NCBI GenBank assembly: GCA_965240325.2
Contig: OZ251225.1
Span: 310,001-374,000 of the forward strand
Source: Rebecca billardiae RCC1528
Lineage: Eukaryota; Protista; Haptophyta
Length of the DNA stretch: 64,000 nucleotides
Reading direction: 5' to 3'
This document shows, one piece after another, positions 59,032 through 64,000 of this stretch. The notes below the pieces were generated by a model. The model did not search any database. It was not told where the DNA came from and worked only from the letters and a program-made list of their open reading frames with translations. Numbering within the stretch: position 1 is the stretch's first letter; each line of letters opens with the position of its first letter. A program made the position numbers and the translations under genes.

Positions 59032-59093
59032 GGGCTGTCGTAGCTTAGGATTCAATTTCAGGCCGTTTGCGGCGGCCGCTAGTAGCGTCTTAA

Positions 59094-60445
59094 CCCCTAT
59101 TGTGGAACGGACCCCTATTGTGGAACGGCGCCAGTTTTTCCTATGTAGAGCTTGGATGTCGCGGAGGCGATGAGATCGGCGGCTACCGCCGTGTGCGCCT
59201 GGCCAAGGCGCGTCCAATGAGCCCAAGAACGTCGTCATAGCCCCGCCCCAGCGCCGTCCGCAGCCGATCGTTTGCTGGAGTCAGAGCTGAGAATCTGGTG
59301 TGAAAAAATGGTTTTCGGCTTCTGTAGGCCGAAGCTTCGGCCGGGAGGGCGCGCACGGTATTTTTGGGAGCTCCCCGAAAGCAGCCCGGGCAGGGAATCA
59401 AGCCGGCTTGCCGCTGCCGCACTCGTGGATGGAGCGCGAGTGACACGAATTGGGTCAGGTCAGCATGGCTGATTCCTGGTTTGGAGGGTCGAGGACGCCC
59501 CGCCGCGGCGGGGGGCGGTGCGGCGGCGCGAGCTGACTGGTGGCGATGACGAACGCGTAGCCGAAGGTGCCTGACCGTCAGGCGACGCCCAACCCCGCAA
59601 AGCAGCTTCATCGCCTGCCGACCGCGCGAGAGCCGCGCCGCACGAAGCGGCTGGGCGCGAGTGGACTACGACCCGCCGGATGCAGCCATCAGGGACTGTG
59701 TGTAGAGTGGGGAGCTGCGTGAGGGCACAGCTGTCGCCGACTTCGGCTCATACGCCGTGACAACGGGCCACGCTCTGTCGGATGGTGAAGGACCCGACCA
59801 GCCCGTCGAGGCCGCTGGGGCTGAAGCCGCGGCTGAGCGGCTGTGACGGTCGAGCAGATGCACACCAACTGGGTCGCGGAGATAGCGCTACTCGGCTTCG
59901 CGCCGACCACGCGGCAGGTCTGCATCGATGCGGCGCTTCTCTTCCTGCGTAGCGGCGCGCCCTTCTCGACGCTCTCCAGCATGCCCTGGAAGCGGTGGTG
60001 TCGGCGGCGGCTCAGGCGCCACGCGAAGGCGAGCGAGCGTCGATGACGGACACGCTCGTCGACCGCATCACTCATTGTGGAGAGGGTTCGCGCGGGCAAG
60101 ACGTGCCCCCCGGCGGCTGCGGGGTCGAGGGCGGGTGCCCACACCACCAGCGCGCCGGCGAGTGCCAGTGGGCCGACTGCGAACGCTCAGGAGCCAGCAG
60201 TGGCACCGTCCTGAGCGAGGAACCAAAATCGTTCCACAATAGGGGTCAGTCGACCCGTCGACGCACCCCGCGGGCGCGCGCGCGCGCGCGCGCGCGCGCG
60301 GGCGAGTTCCGAGCTCCGCACCCTCAGAGGTGTATGGTCCCTTCGGTAGGACCCATGGCCAGTACCTGACACCTTAAGATCGCTCGCCGAGCCGCACTAC
60401 CTCGCCCTAGGGGCGGAAAACCCGAAAATCGTTCCACAATAGGGG
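59094..60445. mobile_element. Non-autonomous piggyBac-like element
   Basis: TTAA|CCCCTATTGTGGAACG ... CGTTCCACAATAGGGG|TTAA; internal copies of the TIR at about 59112 and about 60230. Confidence 0.88.
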
Positions 60446-60620
60446 TTAAGACGTTAAGCCTAGTTGCCGCGAAAGTCCGTGACGACTCAGACTGACTGTG
60501 CCCGCCAGCGCCCAGCCGCCTGATGTCTGATGGCGCGCAACGGCGGCCGCGCAACGGCAATCGTCATTGTCAGAACATCCGAGCATAGTCTGAAGTCGCA
60601 TTCAGACACGACAGTCATCT

Positions 60621-63374
60621 TCAGATGACGCCGGTGGACTGGAGCACATCCTCGATGGCCTGCACATCTGCGACGGCGGCGGGCACCATGTTGGACTCCT
60701 GCCACACTCGCGAGAACGCCTTGGCCACGCGGTGCACGATCTCCTTCCCGTCGACGAGGAGGTAGAGCAGCTGCGGCGGCGGGTCGGCGGCCGAGCCGCG
60801 CTTCGGCGCACGCATCTTGCACTCGACGTCGGTCACGCTGGAGGCGCCCGCGTGGCCGACGGCGGCGCACAGCACGTCCTCCCTGTGGTGGAAGTGCAGC
60901 CAGCTGCCTCGGAGCTGCGGCCACGTCTTGGCCACGTGCGCCGACGGCACGCACAGCTCGAGCGCGCGCGGCCGCGCGCCGAGCGGCACGCCGAGCGACG
61001 CGACGCTGACGAGCGTCTCGACGCGCTGCAGCGGGGTGGGCAGCACGCCCATCGCGAGGTCAGCGGCGCCCGCCGTGCGCGCGGCGGCGGGGAGGCTCGC
61101 CGCTGCCTGCAGCTCCGCGAGCACCTCGCACGCGAGCAGCCCGCCCGCGCCGTGCGCGACCACGCACAGCGGCGCGCGCGCGCCGCACAGCTGCGCGAGC
61201 GAGGAGAGACCGGTGCCGATGGCGGAGCGCAGCCGCGCGCGCTCGTCGGAGCGGTCGTACGAGAGCGCCTCGAGGTCGAAGATCGCCTCGCGCAGCGCGA
61301 GCTCCTCGAGCGCCGCCGCGCCCGCCCCGCCGCCGTGCTGCTGGAAGTGCTGGTACCCCGCCGAGGGCCAGTGCACCGTGTGCACGACGAGGCCGCTCGC
61401 CGCGTCCGCCAGCCGCGTCCACAGCAGCTCGCGCGTGAACTCCTTCTGGAGGCTCTCGACGAAGGCGGCGAGCGCGCCCGCGTACCGCCCGCGCTCCTTG
61501 TCGAGGCCGCCCGCGCTGACGACGAGCACGGCCACCTTGGTCGACGCGCACGGCCGCGCGCGCCCCGCCGCGGCGCACAGCCGCTCGTACACGGCGCACA
61601 CCGGCCGGGGGGGCGGCCGTCCCTCGTACCGCGCGGGCAGCCGGCCCGCGCTCAGCAGCGGCGTCGGCCGCTTGGTGAGCGTGCGGCGCGAGCGGTTGCG
61701 CTTGGCGTCGATCGACTCGTTGAAGAAGGCGATGTCGAGGCGCGTGCCGTCGTCCGTCAGCCGGTCGTGCAAGAACTCGGTGAACGCCTGCGAGTTGAGC
61801 AGCAGCGCGAGCCACTCGCGGCACCCTTCCGGGAAACTTCCGAGCAGCCGCTCGTCGTCGAAGAAGTCGGCGGGCACGGCGCGCGCGCTCACCTTGGCGG
61901 GCGGCATGACGTACAGCTCGGGCAGCCGCTCGAAGACGGAGGTGAAGAAGCGAAGGAATGCCGCCTTCACCAGCCGCGCCGCCCCCGACGGCGCCGACGG
62001 GTCCGGCCGCTCGCCCTGCTCGGTGCCGTCCGAGTCGTACGCGGTCTCAGACGCGCCGTCCAGCTCGTCCGGGTGCGGCGGCAGTTGGAACGCGGAGACG
62101 AGGTCGCCGTGCACGCCGGCGGCGGGGGCGCGGCGCGGGGTGAGCGGCTCGGCGGACGCGAGCGTCGCGTGCGCCGGCGCCGCCGCGCCGCCGCCGCCGC
62201 CGCCCCTCTCGCCGCCCGCGCCGGCCGGCGCGCGCCGCGTCGCCGGCCGGCACACGCGCGCGAGCGTGCGCATCAGCTTGCGCCTGGCGCGCGGCGGCAG
62301 CCGCAGCTTCGAGTAGAGGGCGCGGTCGAGGATGACGGTGTTGTCGTCGAGGTGGACCTGCACGACGTCGGGCGGGATCTCGTTCGTCTCGCTCACCACG
62401 TCCGGCGTCGCGCCCACCAGGAACGGCACCGGCGCCTGCAGGAAGCCAGAGAGGCGCGCGGGCAGCACGGGCACGTACACGTGCTCCCACGCGAGCGGGA
62501 ACAGCAGCCCGACCAGGCTCTCGCACGCCATGGTGAGGACGTGCGTGTGCGCGGAGAGGAGGAGGAGCTTCTGCTCGGCCAGCAGCAGCGCCCACACGCT
62601 CACCAGGTTGTGCGCGTCGAGGCACTTGGTCACCACCAGCCAGTCGGACGCGCTCGCGAGCGACCGCGGGAAGTCGAGGGGCGCGGGGCTGGGCGACTCG
62701 ATGCGGAGGCCGCCGAGCGAGAGGGTGGTGGGCTCGCCCGGCGGCGCGATGCGCGCGTCGAGCGCGGGCTGCACGTGCGCCGGCTTCAGCGGCTTCATCC
62801 CCTCCGTGATGTGCATCCGGTACAGGTAGCGGCAGCACTCGGTGAGCAGCTCGAACGCGGGCACGCGCGAGATGAGGCACACGCACTGCTGCGCGTACAC
62901 CTCGTCCGCGTGCGCGCGCTCGGTGGGGTCGCCGATGAAGCGGCGGACGATCTCGGGGTCGAGCGCGTCCATCCACGTGATGCACACGCCGTACACGCGC
63001 GTGCGGTCGCCCGTCGTCAGCACGAACGAGTTGGTGACTGGGATCGGGTTCTGCTGGTGCTCGGCGAGCGTCGCGAGCTGGATGCCGTTCGGGAAGCAGA
63101 ACTCCGCGCAGTCGGCGGGGAACGGGGTGCTCGGGCGGTCCGCCGCGGGCGTGCGCGACGTGATCTGCGGCTCGAAGCGGTCGTCTGGCCGCGGGAACGT
63201 GCGGTGTGGCGACGGCGGCACGAGCGGAGCGCCGGCCGGCGGCGATGAGCGCGGCGGTGGCGGCGGCGGCTGCATGTGCGACCCCATCGCGCGCAGCGGG
63301 ATGAGCCGCGACCCGACACCAGCCTCGATGTAGTACTCCACGATGTTCCGACCGACCCACCATTCGTCTGGCAT
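60621..63374 (-). CDS. DENN-domain Rab GEF (uDENN/DENN/dDENN) with a C-terminal degenerate alpha/beta-hydrolase-like region
   Basis: FCFPNG, SFVLTTGDRTRVYGVC, CVCLISRVPAF, LLLAEQKLLL, LLFPLAWEHVYVPVLP, LQAPVPFLVG, SQAFTEFL. Confidence 0.92.
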   Translation of the reverse strand: MPDEWWVGRNIVEYYIEAGVGSRLIPLRAMGSHMQPPPPPPRSSPPAGAPLVPPSPHRTFPRPDDRFEPQITSRTPAADRPSTPFPADCAEFCFPNGIQLATLAEHQQNPIPVTNSFVLTTGDRTRVYGVCITWMDALDPEIVRRFIGDPTERAHADEVYAQQCVCLISRVPAFELLTECCRYLYRMHITEGMKPLKPAHVQPALDARIAPPGEPTTLSLGGLRIESPSPAPLDFPRSLASASDWLVVTKCLDAHNLVSVWALLLAEQKLLLLSAHTHVLTMACESLVGLLFPLAWEHVYVPVLPARLSGFLQAPVPFLVGATPDVVSETNEIPPDVVQVHLDDNTVILDRALYSKLRLPPRARRKLMRTLARVCRPATRRAPAGAGGERGGGGGGAAAPAHATLASAEPLTPRRAPAAGVHGDLVSAFQLPPHPDELDGASETAYDSDGTEQGERPDPSAPSGAARLVKAAFLRFFTSVFERLPELYVMPPAKVSARAVPADFFDDERLLGSFPEGCREWLALLLNSQAFTEFLHDRLTDDGTRLDIAFFNESIDAKRNRSRRTLTKRPTPLLSAGRLPARYEGRPPPRPVCAVYERLCAAAGRARPCASTKVAVLVVSAGGLDKERGRYAGALAAFVESLQKEFTRELLWTRLADAASGLVVHTVHWPSAGYQHFQQHGGGAGAAALEELALREAIFDLEALSYDRSDERARLRSAIGTGLSSLAQLCGARAPLCVVAHGAGGLLACEVLAELQAAASLPAAARTAGAADLAMGVLPTPLQRVETLVSVASLGVPLGARPRALELCVPSAHVAKTWPQLRGSWLHFHHREDVLCAAVGHAGASSVTDVECKMRAPKRGSAADPPPQLLYLLVDGKEIVHRVAKAFSRVWQESNMVPAAVADVQAIEDVLQSTGVI

Positions 63375-63633
63375 CGTCGCACGCCGCCGCCACGCGTTTT
63401 TGCGGACGCGCCGCCGCGCCTTGGGTCGGCCTGCAAGATGGCAGCGGGCCAGCCCGGCGGCCACAGCAGTGTGAAGTCCTTGCCTGCCAAGTGCAAGTGC
63501 ACAGGCAAAGTCCGGCTGCTGGTCCGTCCGGCTGCCGTAGAAAACCAAATCGAGGCGAAATAAAATAATCGGAAATTCATCCGGCCGTCTTCATCTCATC
63601 GACACCCCACCCATCCGCGACGTGGCCGCCAGC

Positions 63634-64000
63634 ATGGAGGAGATCCTGCGCCTGCAGCGCGAGCTCGCGGAGGTGCAGCAGACATCGGCGCAGCTCAAGC
63701 TGTCGGAGCCGAACGTCGTGGAGATCGTCTCCAAGCTCATCCAGGCCGGCAAGCTCAAGCTCATCTTCACGCAGAACGGCAAGGAGTACCTCACGCACGA
63801 GCAGCTGCTGTCCGAGCTCGAGGACGAGGTGCTCGCACACGGCGGCCGCGCCAACCTGTCCGAGCTGCAGCCCACGCTCAACGTCGACCTCACGTACATC
63901 GAGCAGGCGGCGAGGCAGCTGCTCGAGAAGGACCCGAGCGCGCAGCTGCTGCAGGGCGAGATCCTCACCGAGTGGTACCTCGACGGCGTCGCCGAGCAGA
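63634..64000 (+). CDS. UFL1: E3 UFM1-protein ligase 1, 3'-partial
   Basis: MEEILRLQRELAEVQ...KLSEPNVVEIVSKL...LIFTQNGKEYLT..QL..E...HGGR.NL..L...LNVD. Confidence 0.93.
   Translation, partial: MEEILRLQRELAEVQQTSAQLKLSEPNVVEIVSKLIQAGKLKLIFTQNGKEYLTHEQLLSELEDEVLAHGGRANLSELQPTLNVDLTYIEQAARQLLEKDPSAQLLQGEILTEWYLDGVAEQ

Overview
This is a very GC-rich eukaryotic genomic window, not prokaryotic. It has short (about 100-215 nt) GC-rich spliceosomal introns, one with a GC donor, plus TTAGGG repeats and compact genes. By inference it is most consistent with a haptophyte alga (Pavlovales/Diacronema-like). About 21 protein genes are supported: XPG/RAD2 (partial), FANCE-like, GT25-like, GH30 glucosylceramidase, hybrid histidine kinase, GT2, a large Sfi1-repeat-like protein, pepsin-like protease, ShKT prolyl 4-hydroxylase, cytochrome P450, ATP10, NSE1, phosducin-like, TrmO, SLC35F, DENN, UFL1 (partial) and several hypotheticals. 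Most are arranged as tight head-to-head pairs. The standout is a 5-exon, about 2,713-aa gene (50778..42045, minus) with a Ki-67-like architecture: a Ki-67-type N-terminal FHA, 15 tandem 60-aa S/T-P-rich repeats, an RRVSF PP1-docking motif and a basic tail. It sits divergently from a RING-less NSE1. The intergenic DNA holds at least six different inverted-repeat/foldback elements. These include a GTAC-repeat MULE-like foldback with an internal telomeric tract and a 10-bp TSD, a non-autonomous piggyBac, and a 2.4-kb TIR element carrying an unrecognised ORF. All protein assignments come from motif recognition by eye; no database search was run.
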